A DNA stretch of 64,000 nucleotides from an uncultured Actinomycetota bacterium (GCA_963847285.1 CAWJZK010000016.1:6356-70355), one strand, 5' to 3'; positions 31,347 to 41,320 are shown, counted from the first letter of the stretch. The notes: generated by a model not told the origin, from the letters alone. Numbers and translations are program-made.

Positions 31347-32564
31347 CTAGGCAGCAGACTCGCTGCCGAGTTCGGCGGCGAGTCCTGGAGCAAGGTCGCC
31401 GCGGCCGACGACGGCGATGTCGTCGAGACCCTGCCAAGTGGCCGCTCGACGGAGCACCGGTGCGAGGCGCGCGGCGGTGTCGGCGGGTGCGCTCGGCTCG
31501 GACCATGCCGACTGGACGCGGAGCACGCCCGCCTTGCGGTCGCTCTTGAGGTCGACCCGACCGACCACGCGGTCGTCGACGAGCACCGGAAGCGAGTAGT
31601 ACCCGAACTTGCGATCGGGCTCGGGGGTGTAGATCTCGATGCGGTAATGGAAGTCGAACATCCGCTCGGTGCGCGGCCGGAACCAGACGACCGGGTCGAA
31701 CGGCGAGAGCACCGCGGCCGCGTCGATGCGCCGAGGCCGTCGCGCGTCGCGATGCAGCCACGCCGGCGTGAGGCGACCCCCGGTCGTCCATCCGGGCACC
31801 TCGACCGGCAGGAGCACGCCCGCGTCGACGAGGTCGGCGACGGCCTGCCTGACGGGGGCGCGCTTCATGCGCCAGTAGTCGGCGAGGTCGGCCTCGGTCG
31901 CGATGCCCTGGGCGGATGCCGCGAGCTCGACGAGGGTGCGCACGGCGTCGGCCTCGGCCGGCGGCTCGGCGAGCAGCTCGGCGGTGAGCGCCTGCTCGGG
32001 CAGGGCGTAGACGCGCTCGAATCGCCGCCGCTCGACGCAGACGACCTCGCCCGTGCGGAACATCATCTCGAGGGTGCGCTTGACGTCGGACCAACCCCAC
32101 CACGGCCCTCGCCGTTCGTTGGCGTCGTGCTCGATCTCGCTCGCCCGCATCGGCCCGTTCGCGGCGAGCTCGGCACGAAGCCACCCCGCGAGCTCACGAT
32201 TCTCGGCGACCCAGCCGCCCCAGTCGCTGCCCTGTCGTCGGAATGCCTCGCGGCGGAACTCGAAGAGCGGCCAGAGATCGCGAGGGATGAACGAGGCCTG
32301 ATGCGCCCAATACTCGACCATGCGGCCGCGGCGGCCGCTCGTCATGCGGTCGAGGGCGGCACGGTCGTAGCCGCCCACTCGACTGAACGCCGGCAGGTAG
32401 TGGCTGCGCTCGAACACGTTCACCGAGTCGATCTGCAGGAGGCCGAGACGGTCGATGACGCCCGCGACGGCGCGCGCGCCCGGCGCCTCGGGCAGCGGAC
32501 GACCGAACCCTTGCGCGGCAAGCGCGATGCGGCGCGCGAGGGCGGGACTCACGACATCGACCAT
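31347..32564 (-). CDS. YcaQ/AlkZ (HTH_42) family crosslink-repair DNA glycosylase
   Basis: LLQIDSVNV, EYWAHQAS, LSPFDP, YRIEIYTP, GYYSLPVL, GRVDLK. Confidence 0.9.
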   Translation of the reverse strand: MVDVVSPALARRIALAAQGFGRPLPEAPGARAVAGVIDRLGLLQIDSVNVFERSHYLPAFSRVGGYDRAALDRMTSGRRGRMVEYWAHQASFIPRDLWPLFEFRREAFRRQGSDWGGWVAENRELAGWLRAELAANGPMRASEIEHDANERRGPWWGWSDVKRTLEMMFRTGEVVCVERRRFERVYALPEQALTAELLAEPPAEADAVRTLVELAASAQGIATEADLADYWRMKRAPVRQAVADLVDAGVLLPVEVPGWTTGGRLTPAWLHRDARRPRRIDAAAVLSPFDPVVWFRPRTERMFDFHYRIEIYTPEPDRKFGYYSLPVLVDDRVVGRVDLKSDRKAGVLRVQSAWSEPSAPADTAARLAPVLRRAATWQGLDDIAVVGRGDLAPGLAAELGSESAA

Positions 32565-32671
32565 GGCGTCGAGGATAGCCGGTGCGACCGACATCCGTTC
32601 CGGCGATCGGTCTGTCGCGGCATCCGCCAGCTCATGCCTGCCCGTTCATACGCCGCACCTAGACTGGAGCG

Positions 32672-33919
32672 ATGGCGGACTCGAACGGGCGGGGCCGAGA
32701 CCGGGCCAGGATCCCGCGTCGACGGCCGGAGGAACCGGCGCAGCCGGCGCAGTCGAGCGCCGCGCCCGTCGGCGAGGAGCCGCGTGACGTCGCAGCGGGC
32801 ATCCCGTACGGCATGCGACTCGCGGCGGCGTGGTCCTGGCGGCTGCTCCTCGTGGGCGGCGTGCTCGCCGTCGTCGTCTTCCTCATCATCCAGCTCCGGC
32901 TCATCGTCATCCCGATCCTCGTGGCGGTGCTCGTCGGCGCGCTGCTCGTGCCCTTCTCCGCGTTCCTCCAGCGGCACCGCTGGCCGAAGTGGCTCGCCAT
33001 CACGGCCGCGATGCTCTCGCTGCTCGTGGTCGTCGGCGGGCTGCTCACGCTCGGCATCACCCAGATCGTGCGGGGCTCCGGCGAGCTCGCCTCGCAATCA
33101 GTCGTCGCGTGGAACGACTTCAAGGAGTGGCTCCTCACTGGTCCTTTCCAGATCACCGAGCAGCAGCTGAACGACTTCATCGACCAACTGGTCGACTCGG
33201 TGCAACAAGACAGCGGCATCCTGCTCACCGGCGCACTCTCGGTGACCACGACGCTCGGACACTTCCTCGCGGGCTTGCTGCTCGCGCTCTTCGCGACGCT
33301 CTTCATCCTCATCGACGGCCGCGGCATCTGGCACTGGATCGTCAGCATCTTCCCGCGGAAGGCGCGCGCCGCCATCGACGGCGCCGGGCAGTCCGGCTGG
33401 GCGACGCTCCAGAACTTCGTCAAGGTGCAGATCCTCGTCGCGACGATCGACGCCATCGGCATCGGCCTCGGCGCGTTCTTCCTGGGCGTGCCGCTCGCGG
33501 TGCCGATCGCGATCCTCGTCTTCCTCGGTTCATTCATCCCGATCGTCGGTGCGGTGATCACCGGCGCGCTCGCGGTCTTCGTCGCGCTCGTCTACAACGG
33601 TCCCGTCATCGCGCTCGTGATGCTCGGCATCGTGCTGCTCGTGCAGCAGGTCGAGGGCCACGTGCTGCAGCCGCTCATCATGGGAACGGCCGTGAAGGTG
33701 CATCCGCTCGGCGTCGTGGTCGCAGTCGCGACGGGCTCGCTCCTCGCCGGCATCCCCGGCGCGCTGTTCGCGGTGCCCGTCGCCGCGGTGGTCAACGTCA
33801 TGATCCTCTACATCTCGGGCGGCACCTGGAAGGACGGCGTCGGGCCGCCGACGGCCCCAGTGCGGTCGCCGCTCTGGCGCACCGTGCCGCAGCGACCCGG
33901 CTACCAGCGAGGAGAATGA
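32672..33919 (+). CDS. AI-2E family transporter
   Basis: Multiple TM helices, FIPIVGA, QQVEGHVLQP, VHPL, GALFAVP. Confidence 0.92.
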   Translation: MADSNGRGRDRARIPRRRPEEPAQPAQSSAAPVGEEPRDVAAGIPYGMRLAAAWSWRLLLVGGVLAVVVFLIIQLRLIVIPILVAVLVGALLVPFSAFLQRHRWPKWLAITAAMLSLLVVVGGLLTLGITQIVRGSGELASQSVVAWNDFKEWLLTGPFQITEQQLNDFIDQLVDSVQQDSGILLTGALSVTTTLGHFLAGLLLALFATLFILIDGRGIWHWIVSIFPRKARAAIDGAGQSGWATLQNFVKVQILVATIDAIGIGLGAFFLGVPLAVPIAILVFLGSFIPIVGAVITGALAVFVALVYNGPVIALVMLGIVLLVQQVEGHVLQPLIMGTAVKVHPLGVVVAVATGSLLAGIPGALFAVPVAAVVNVMILYISGGTWKDGVGPPTAPVRSPLWRTVPQRPGYQRGE

Positions 33920-35163
33920 GCGCGTTGAAGACAACCATCCCGGGGCCGCGTCTCGACGAATTCGAGCGGGCGCAGGGGATCGTGGGCGCCGTCGCCCGCC
34001 GAACCCCGATGGAGTCCTCGCGATTCCTCGCCGTCCGGCTCGGCGTGCCCGTGTACCTGAAATGCGAGAACCTGCAGCGCACGGGCTCGTACAAGCTCCG
34101 CGGCGCCTACAACCGACTCTCCGTCCTGACCGAAGAGGAGCGGGCGCGCGGCGTCGTCGCCGCATCCGCCGGCAATCACGCGCAGGGAGTGGCCTTCGCC
34201 GCGCGAGAGCTCGGAATCCGCGCGACGATCTTCATGCCCGTCGGGGTCACCCTCCCGAAGCTCGAGGCGACCCGTGCGTACGGCGCCGACGTGGTGCTCC
34301 GCGGAGATTCGGTCGGCGAGACGCTCGACGCCGCGGCCGCGTTCGCCGCGGAGACCGGCGCGGTCATCATCCCGCCCTTCGACCACCCCGACGTGATCGC
34401 GGGCCAGGGCACTCTCGGCCTCGAGATCCTCGAGCAGGTCCCGGATGTCGCGACGATCGTCGTGCCCATCGGCGGCGGCGGGCTCGCCGCAGGCATCGCG
34501 AGCGCCGCGAAGCAGCGCGCGGCCGAACAGGGCCGCACGATCCGCGTCATCGGAGTGCAGGCCGAGAATGCGGCGTCGTACATCGCCTCGCTGGCTGCCG
34601 GATCGCCGCAGCAGGTGCCGGTCGTGCCGACGATCGCCGACGGCATCGCCGTCTACCGGCCGGGCGAACTGAATTTCGCGATCATCCGCCACACGATCGA
34701 CGAGGTCGTGACCGTCACCGAAGACGACATCGCGCGAGCGCTGCTCGTGCTGCTCGAGCGCGCGAAGCTCGTGGTGGAGCCCGCCGGCGCGGTCTCGGTC
34801 GCAGCGATCATGACGGGCGCGGTCACCTCCGACGGCCCGGTCGTCGCGCTCCTCTCGGGCGGCAACATCGACCCGCTCCTCATGCAGCGAGTCATCGCCC
34901 ACGGTCTCGCCGCATCCGACCGGTACCTGACGCTCGGCATCGGGCTTCCCGACCGGCCCGGCCAGCTCGCACGCATCGCGGAGCTCATCGCCGAGGCGAA
35001 CGCGAACGTCATCGAGGTGCTGCACACCCGGCACGGCGCAGGGCTCCAGATCTCGGAGGTCGAGCTGAAGCTCTCGATCGAGACCCGCGGCCCCGACCAT
35101 CGCGCGGAGGTCGTCGCGGTGCTCCGTCGCGCCGGGTACGAGCCGATCGTGTACTCGGACTGA
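33916..35163 (+). CDS. ilvA: Threonine ammonia-lyase with C-terminal ACT domain
   Basis: LKCENLQRTGSYKLRGA, ASAGNHAQG, PIGGGGL, SGGNID, PDRPGQL. Confidence 0.95.
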   Translation: MSALKTTIPGPRLDEFERAQGIVGAVARRTPMESSRFLAVRLGVPVYLKCENLQRTGSYKLRGAYNRLSVLTEEERARGVVAASAGNHAQGVAFAARELGIRATIFMPVGVTLPKLEATRAYGADVVLRGDSVGETLDAAAAFAAETGAVIIPPFDHPDVIAGQGTLGLEILEQVPDVATIVVPIGGGGLAAGIASAAKQRAAEQGRTIRVIGVQAENAASYIASLAAGSPQQVPVVPTIADGIAVYRPGELNFAIIRHTIDEVVTVTEDDIARALLVLLERAKLVVEPAGAVSVAAIMTGAVTSDGPVVALLSGGNIDPLLMQRVIAHGLAASDRYLTLGIGLPDRPGQLARIAELIAEANANVIEVLHTRHGAGLQISEVELKLSIETRGPDHRAEVVAVLRRAGYEPIVYSD

Positions 35164-35168
35164 GGGCA

Positions 35169-35188
35169 GCGGATGCCGCGGCATCCGC
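35169..35188. terminator. Perfect 20-bp palindrome GCGGATGCCGCGGCATCCGC between convergent ilvA and greA
   Basis: Read directly, 5 nt after the ilvA stop. Confidence 0.7.
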
Positions 35189-35206
35189 CGGCCGAACCGG
35201 TGCGGC

Positions 35207-35698
35207 CTACTGGCCGCCCCAGGTCTCGACGCCGGTGATCTCGACGGCGATCTCGCGGCCGTTCGGCGCGGTGTAGCTCGTCTTCTCACCGATCTTCAGG
35301 CCGAGGATCGCCGTGCCGAGCGGGCTCCGCTCGCTGTACACGTCGAGCTCGGAGTCGCCCGCGATCTCGCGGCTGCCGATGAGGAAGGTCGTCTCGTCGC
35401 CCGCGATGACCGCTGTGATGACGGTGCCGGGCTCGACGACGCCGGAGGACGTGGGCGCCTCGCCGACCTCTGCGGTGCGGAGGAGCTCCTTCAGCTGCCG
35501 GATGCGGGCCTCCTGCTTGCCCTGCTCGTCTTTGGCGGCGTGGTAGCCGCCGTTCTCCTTGAGGTCGCCCTCCTCGCGCGCGGCCTCGATTCGCTTGGCG
35601 ATCTCTTCACGACCGTGGGTGGAGAGGCTCTCGAGTTCCGCCGCGAGGCGGTCGTGGGCCTCCTGGGTCAGCCAGGTGACGGTGACGTCCTGCGCCAT
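35207..35698 (-). CDS. greA: Transcription elongation factor GreA
   Basis: WLTQEAHDRL, AREEGDLKENGGYHAAK, SPLGTAILG. Confidence 0.97.
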   Translation of the reverse strand: MAQDVTVTWLTQEAHDRLAAELESLSTHGREEIAKRIEAAREEGDLKENGGYHAAKDEQGKQEARIRQLKELLRTAEVGEAPTSSGVVEPGTVITAVIAGDETTFLIGSREIAGDSELDVYSERSPLGTAILGLKIGEKTSYTAPNGREIAVEITGVETWGGQ

Positions 35699-35791
35699 GA
35701 TGCACACTCCCGTGTGGGGGATCCACACTCTTCTCGGTTGCGCGTCTGTATAGACGTGTCGCCCCGACGTGTGCGGGGCGAATGTCCCATA

Positions 35792-36202
35792 TTAGGTGAG
35801 CCAGCAGCGGTAAATCAAACCGGTGTTCGCCTCTTGCGCGACACGCACGGTCTCGGTGAAGCTGCGGAGATGCTCGGTCGATGCCGGCACCTCGACGACC
35901 TTCCAGCCCACCACCGTGAAGGCCTCGTTGAGGGCCTCGACGATGCAGGCGGTGTCGTTGCCGGGTGGCACCGAGAGATCCCAGCTGACCTCGACCGCCC
36001 GCTCCTCGTTGAGGAGGCGGTGGCCCGTGTCGATGACCTCGATCGACGGTTTCTGGCCGTCGAGGCCGGCCCAGACGACCCATGCGATGAGCACGACCGC
36101 GACGGCGACCGCGCCGCCGATGAGGAGGAGCCGATCGCGGGTGCGATGCGTGCGGGTGCGACCGTAGCGCGCGGCGAGCACGTCGGTCTCTGGCTCGGCC
36201 AC
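35792..36202 (-). CDS. DUF4307 family membrane protein
   Basis: ARYGR, one TM helix, ACIVEALNEAFTVVGWK; usual position upstream of greA. Confidence 0.82.
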   Translation of the reverse strand: MAEPETDVLAARYGRTRTHRTRDRLLLIGGAVAVAVVLIAWVVWAGLDGQKPSIEVIDTGHRLLNEERAVEVSWDLSVPPGNDTACIVEALNEAFTVVGWKVVEVPASTEHLRSFTETVRVAQEANTGLIYRCWLT

Positions 36203-36313
36203 CGCACGGCTCCTCTCAGCGTCGATCGTCTAGGCTTGAATCCAGCTTAACCCGCCCCGTGAAGGGAATCCGATGCTCGTCGTGCACACCCGTTCCGTCG
36301 TCGGAGCACGCCG

Positions 36314-36616
36314 ATGATCGTCGGTGCGGCCAGTGCCGCGATCGTGCTCGCCGAAGCGGAGGAGTTCGATCCGAACTCGGTGACGCCCGGCGTCTGGGGG
36401 TTCGTCGTCACCTTCCTCCTCATGATCGTCGTGGTGCTCCTCATCCTCGACATGGTGCGGCGCATCCGGCGCACGAACTACCGTGCGCAGGTGCGCGAGC
36501 AGCTCGAGGCGGAGGCGCGCGACGCCGAGCTCGGCGAGGCCGACGGCCAGGTGACGGATGCTTCGGGCGACGCGCCCCGCGACGACGAGCGCCCCGACGG
36601 GGCATCCGGTCGCTGA
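36314..36616 (+). CDS. Small conserved membrane protein
   Basis: DPNSVTPGVWGF, TM helix, DMVRRIRRTNYR. Confidence 0.75.
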   Translation: MIVGAASAAIVLAEAEEFDPNSVTPGVWGFVVTFLLMIVVVLLILDMVRRIRRTNYRAQVREQLEAEARDAELGEADGQVTDASGDAPRDDERPDGASGR

Positions 36617-36623
36617 ACCCGCC

Positions 36624-36689
36624 GTTCGCTGAGCCTGCATTCGCTGAGCCCGTCGAAGCGGATTCTTCCGTTCGACAGGCTCAGGGAAC
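36624..36689. repeat. REP-like inverted repeat between convergent genes
   Basis: TTCGCTGAGCCCGTCGAA (36640-57) / TTCGACAGGCTCAGGGAA (36671-88), plus a partial extra copy GTTCGCTGAGCCTG at 36624. Confidence 0.8.
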
Positions 36690-36690
36690 C

Positions 36691-37504
36691 TCAGCCGACG
36701 TGGTACGCCGGTGCCATCGCGATGATCAGCACCGCAGCCCAGTGGCACATGAATGCAAGCACCGTGCACGCGTGGAAGATCTCATGGAAGCCGAAGGTGC
36801 CGGGCCACGGGTTCGGCTTCTTCAGCGCGTAGACCACCGCGCCGCCCGTGTAGAGGAGGCCGCCGACGATCACGAGCACCATCATGGCGACGCTGACCGC
36901 GAGCAGGTCGCCGAGGTACATGACCGCCGCCCAGCCGAGCAGCAGGTAGAGCGGCACGTAGAGCCAGCGCGGCGCGGTGATCCAGAACACCCGGAACCCG
37001 ATGCCGAGGAGCGCACCGCCCCACACGATGCCCGAGCAGCAGCCAGCCCTTGTCGGGCGGCAGCGCGAGGATCGCGAGCGGCGTGTAGGTGCCCGCGATG
37101 AGCAGGAAGATGTTCGCGTGGTCGAGACGCTTCAGCAGGACCTTCGTCTTCGGCTTCCAGTTGAAGCGGTGGTAGAGCGCCGAGATGCCGAAGAGCAGCA
37201 TCGACGTGAGCACGAACACCGCTGACGCCCACTTCGCGGGCGCCCCGTGTGCGAGCACGATGAGCACGATGCCCGCGGCGATCGTGACGGGGAACGTGCC
37301 GGCGTGGATCCAGCCGCGCCATTTGGGCTTGACCTCGGCGGGGTGCGCCATGGAGTCGTCGAGCAGGGGGATGTTCGGCAGGTCGGGGCCGTGCTCGCCT
37401 CGTGCGACGGAGGCGTCGGCGGGATCCTCGGGCGCGACCGGCCGGGACAGCTCCTCGGCGACGTCGGCGACGTCGGCGGGATCCTGGCGGCGCTTGGGGG
37501 TCAT
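36691..37504 (-). CDS. Hemolysin III / PAQR family membrane protein; frameshift near 37030
   Basis: KPKWRGWIH, SALYH, RLDHANIFLLIAGTYTP, LYTGGAVVYA, FGFHEIFH. Confidence 0.9.
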
Positions 37505-37578
37505 GCAGACAGCGTAGGGCCTTCGCGATCACCGTCGGCTGTGAGTATCGGGCGCCATGCAAGCGGTAGCGTAGTGCC

Positions 37579-38364
37579 GTGCAGACGAGCGATCACACCC
37601 TCGGTCGCGGCATCCTCTACCGCCTCTACCAGAACCGACTGCGGCGCGGACTCGATGCGACATCGCTGCCGAGGCACGTCGCGATGATCATCGACGGCAA
37701 CCGGCGCTGGGCGCGCCAGCTCGGCTACGACTCGGCGGCGCACGGTCACCGCGCCGGGGCGGCGAAGATGCGCGAGTTCCTCGAATGGTGCGACGACCTC
37801 GGCATCCAGACCGTCACGCTCTACCTGCTTTCGAGCGACAACCTCGGCAACCGGTCGAGCAGGGAGCTCTCCGACCTCATCGAGATCATCGCCGAGCTCG
37901 CCGAGGAGCTCTCGCACTATCGCGACTGGCGGGTGCAGCATGTCGGGTCGGATGCCGGTCTGCCCGAGCCGCTCGTCGCCGCCCTCGACGCGGCCGAGCA
38001 GCGCACCGCCGACAAGCACGGCCTGCACGTGAACCTCGCCGTCGGCTACGGCGGGCGCAAGGAGATCACCGACGCGATGCGTTCGATCGTGGCATCCCAT
38101 CACGCCGAGGGCCGAAGCCTCGAGGACCTCGCCGAGCGGCTCACCCCCGACCTCATCGGCGAGCACCTCTACACCGGCGGGCAGCCGGATCCCGACCTCG
38201 TGATCCGCACGTCGGGCGAGCAACGCCTCAGCGACTTCATGCTCTGGCAGGCGGCGCACAGCGAGTTCTACTTCGTCGAGGCGCTCGGGCCGGACCTCCG
38301 ACAGGTGGACTTCCTGCGCGCGCTCCGCGACTACGCGAAACGTCATCGTCGATTCGGCGGATGA
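37579..38364 (+). CDS. cis-isoprenyl diphosphate synthase (UppS family, short-chain Rv1086-like)
   Basis: HVAMIIDGNRRWAR, LSSDN, GYGGRKEI, PDLVIRTSGEQRLSDFMLWQ. Confidence 0.94.
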   Translation: MQTSDHTLGRGILYRLYQNRLRRGLDATSLPRHVAMIIDGNRRWARQLGYDSAAHGHRAGAAKMREFLEWCDDLGIQTVTLYLLSSDNLGNRSSRELSDLIEIIAELAEELSHYRDWRVQHVGSDAGLPEPLVAALDAAEQRTADKHGLHVNLAVGYGGRKEITDAMRSIVASHHAEGRSLEDLAERLTPDLIGEHLYTGGQPDPDLVIRTSGEQRLSDFMLWQAAHSEFYFVEALGPDLRQVDFLRALRDYAKRHRRFGG

Positions 38365-38446
38365 ATCGAGCCGCCGTCGTTCTTCGACGCCGTGCCCCGC
38401 CGGGCTGGTCTCTGCCAGAATGGCCTCGGAAAAGGGGGCACATCAC

Positions 38447-39565
38447 GTGACCATCGACGAATTCAATGCCGGATTCACCGAAGAGCCGGGCTACCTCGAC
38501 TACGGGCGTGTCGGACCTCTCTCGACCGCTGCCGCCGAGGAGACGCTCGCGTTCACGCAGGTGCTGCAGCGGGCCCGACACGGCAGCCTCGACGCCCTCG
38601 GGGAGCAAGACGCGCGGTTGCGCGCGGCGGCGTCCGCCGTCACCGGGTACCCCGCCGACCAGGTGGTGGCCCAGCCGAACACGACGCAGGGCATCATGCA
38701 CGCGATGTTCGGGCTCACGGGCGGCGTGCTGCTCTCGGCCTGGGAGTTCCCGAGCGTGACGATCGCGGCCGTACGCGCGCAGGAGGCGCTGCACGCCGTG
38801 CAACCGGTCTGGCTCGAGACCGACCACGGCAAGGTCACGCCCGGCCAGATCCGCGAGCAACTCGAGTCGAGCGTCGCCGCGGTCGCGGTCAGCCTCGTCG
38901 ACTCGCGCACCGGGTACCTCTGCGACATCGAGGGGATTCGCCAGGTCATCGGCGACCGTCTGCTGATCGTCGACGCGATCCAGGGTTTCGGTGTCGTCGA
39001 CGCCCCGTGGGAGGCGGCCGACGTCGTGCTCTCCGGCGGCCAGAAGTGGTGCCGCGCCGGGTGGGGGACCGGCATCATGGCGCTCTCCGCGCGCGCACTC
39101 GAGCGGCTGACGCCCGTGTTCTCGGGCTTCACCGGCACCGAGGAAGACGAACCCTGGGGCGAGGTGCCGCCGCCGGCTCCCGACGCGCGCGCCTTCCGCG
39201 TCTCGCACCAGGACCCGCTCGCGGCCGCCAGATTCGCCGCCGCCCTCGAGGAGATCGACCGCGTCGGCGTGCCGGTCATCAATGCGGCGGTCGCCGAGCG
39301 CGTGAGCCGTGCCATCGAGCTCGCCGACGAGTTCGCGATGGCGGTCGTGTCGTCGCGCGACGAGCGGGAGCGCGCCGGCATCGTCGTGCTCGAGCCGCCC
39401 GCCGACCAGGTCACCCTCCTCACCGCGTCGCTGCACAACCATGGGGTGACCGCGACGACTCGGCTCGGCACGGTGCGGCTCTCGCTGCACTCGGCGACCT
39501 CGGATGAGACGCTCGAGATGCTGCGGGCGGCGTTCGTGTCGTACGGCACGGCCGCGTCGTATTGA
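38447..39565 (+). CDS. Class V PLP-dependent aminotransferase / cysteine desulfurase-like protein
   Basis: YLDYG, NTTQG, EFPS, VDAIQGFG, GGQKW, VRLSLH. Confidence 0.88.
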   Translation: MTIDEFNAGFTEEPGYLDYGRVGPLSTAAAEETLAFTQVLQRARHGSLDALGEQDARLRAAASAVTGYPADQVVAQPNTTQGIMHAMFGLTGGVLLSAWEFPSVTIAAVRAQEALHAVQPVWLETDHGKVTPGQIREQLESSVAAVAVSLVDSRTGYLCDIEGIRQVIGDRLLIVDAIQGFGVVDAPWEAADVVLSGGQKWCRAGWGTGIMALSARALERLTPVFSGFTGTEEDEPWGEVPPPAPDARAFRVSHQDPLAAARFAAALEEIDRVGVPVINAAVAERVSRAIELADEFAMAVVSSRDERERAGIVVLEPPADQVTLLTASLHNHGVTATTRLGTVRLSLHSATSDETLEMLRAAFVSYGTAASY

Positions 39566-39574
39566 CGGCGGCCT

Positions 39575-39660
39575 TCGAGCGAGCACGGCGCCGAGGCATC
39601 CGCTCGAATGTGGGCGGAGCCCTCGAGCGAGCACCGCGCCGAGGCATCCGCTCGAATGTG
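39575..39660 (+). repeat. Two near-identical 38-bp hairpin units, period 48 bp
   Basis: TCGAGCGAGCAC(G/C)GCGCCGAGGCATCCGCTCGAATGTG at 39575 and 39623; each folds TCGAGCG/CGCTCGA. Confidence 0.9.
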
Positions 39661-39826
39661 AACGGCGGATGACGCGCCGCGTGTCGAACGTGCGAATTCC
39701 CGATCACGGTCGTAGCGTCTGAGGCATCGGGCACGGTGCCCGATCGAGTCGGCTCGTGAAGCGCTCGTGGGAGGATTCGCCGGCCGGCGCGAGAGCCGAG
39801 CGACATGCTCGGGGTCGGGAGCGGTC

Positions 39827-41209
39827 GTGGCTTCACTCGAAACCTCCAAGTCCGTCGGTCGAACCTCGGGGGGCGCCAAGGCGCAACCCGACGGGGCGGG
39901 AGCTGCGTCCGTGGCGCAGTCCGAACGGACGTATGTGCTCGACACGTCGGTGCTGCTCTCGGACCCGAGGGCGCTGTTCCGATTCGCCGAGCACGCGGTG
40001 GTACTCCCGGTCGTCGTCATCACAGAACTCGAGGCGAAGCGCAACGATCCCGAGATCGGCTATTTCGCACGGCAGTCGTTGCGGATTCTCGACGAGTTGC
40101 GCATCGAGCACGAGCGACTCGACTTCCCGATCCCGGTCGGCGACGGCGGGTCGCTGCGGGTCGAGCTGAACCACTCGAGCCCATCGGTGCTGCCGAGCGG
40201 GCTGCAGCTCGGCGACAACGACTCGCGCATCCTCGCCTGCGCGGCGAACCTCGCGAACGACGGCATCGCCGTCACGGTCGTCTCCAAGGACCTGCCGCTG
40301 CGCGTGAAGGCGGCGTCGATCGGCCTCGACGCGCAGGAGTACCGCGCCGAGCTCGCCCTCGACTCGGGCTGGACCGGAATGGCCGAGCTCTCGCTCGGCT
40401 CCAACGACATGGCCAAGCTCTACGAGCACGAGGCGATGACGACCGCTGACGTCGACGGGATGCCGGTGAACACCGGCCTCGTGATCCACTCCGAACGGGG
40501 CTCGGCACTCGGCCGCGTCGTCGGCGAGCGCGAGGTCAAGCTCGTGCGCGGCGATCGCGACGTCTTCGGCGTGCACGGACGCTCGGCCGAGCAGCGCCTC
40601 GCGATCGACCTGCTGCTCGACCCCGAGATCGGCATCCTCTCCCTCGGCGGGCGAGCCGGCACCGGCAAGTCGGCGCTCGCCCTGTGCGCCGGGCTCGAGA
40701 TGGTGCTCGAGCGCCAGCAGCACAAGAAGATCATGGTGTTCCGCCCGCTCTACGCGGTCGGCGGGCAGGAGCTCGGCTACCTCCCCGGCGACCAGGGCGA
40801 GAAGATGAACCCCTGGGGCCAGGCGGTGTTCGACACGCTCGGCTCGGTCGTCTCCGACAACGTGCTCGAGGAGGTCGTGGACCGCGGCATCCTCGAGGTG
40901 CTGCCGCTCACGCACATCCGCGGACGCTCGCTGCACGACGCGTTCGTGATCGTCGACGAGGCGCAGTCGCTCGAGCGCAACGTGCTGCTCACGGTGCTCT
41001 CCCGCATCGGGCAGAACTCGAGGGTCGTGCTCACGCACGACGTCGCCCAGCGCGACAACCTGCGCGTCGGTCGCCACGACGGTGTCGCGAGCGTGATCGA
41101 GACGCTGAAGGGGCATCCGCTGTTCGCGCACATCACGCTCACCCGCTCGGAGCGCTCGGCCATCGCGGCCCTCGTCTCGGAGATGCTCGACCGGGCCGAG
41201 CTGACGTAG
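39827..41209 (+). CDS. phoH2: PIN-PhoH fusion protein (PhoH2)
   Basis: [12 protein letters not shown] motif, [36 protein letters not shown]. Confidence 0.92.
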   Translation: MASLETSKSVGRTSGGAKAQPDGAGAASVAQSERTYVLDTSVLLSDPRALFRFAEHAVVLPVVVITELEAKRNDPEIGYFARQSLRILDELRIEHERLDFPIPVGDGGSLRVELNHSSPSVLPSGLQLGDNDSRILACAANLANDGIAVTVVSKDLPLRVKAASIGLDAQEYRAELALDSGWTGMAELSLGSNDMAKLYEHEAMTTADVDGMPVNTGLVIHSERGSALGRVVGEREVKLVRGDRDVFGVHGRSAEQRLAIDLLLDPEIGILSLGGRAGTGKSALALCAGLEMVLERQQHKKIMVFRPLYAVGGQELGYLPGDQGEKMNPWGQAVFDTLGSVVSDNVLEEVVDRGILEVLPLTHIRGRSLHDAFVIVDEAQSLERNVLLTVLSRIGQNSRVVLTHDVAQRDNLRVGRHDGVASVIETLKGHPLFAHITLTRSERSAIAALVSEMLDRAELT

Positions 41210-41213
41210 CGCA

Positions 41214-41259
41214 CGCAAGCAGGAGCACCCTGCCACAAGGTGGGGTGCTCCTGCTTGCG
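41214..41259 (+). terminator. Strong hairpin after phoH2
   Basis: CGCAAGCAGGAGCACCC / GGGTGCTCCTGCTTGCG 17-bp stem. Confidence 0.8.
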
Positions 41260-41292
41260 CGTTACGGATGCCGCGGGCAAGGGCTAGCGCGG

Positions 41293-41318
41293 GTCAAATC
41301 TTTATAGCTAGATTTGAC
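41293..41318. promoter_or_regulatory. Candidate PadR operator overlapping its leaderless promoter
   Basis: AT-rich inverted repeat GTCAAATCT-N8-AGATTTGAC ending 2 nt before ATG 41321. Confidence 0.7.
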
Positions 41319-41320
41319 GC

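Noticed and set aside
32830-33915. N-terminal extension of IlvA (777-aa ORF); likewise the long extensions on gndA, rplY, TetR 21048 and methyltransferase 59679
   Set aside because: These extensions overlap other genuine genes; the real starts are marked by SD or -10 signals and family N-termini.
39575-39660. Possible mini CRISPR array
   Set aside because: Only two units, a 10-bp spacer and no cas genes in the window.
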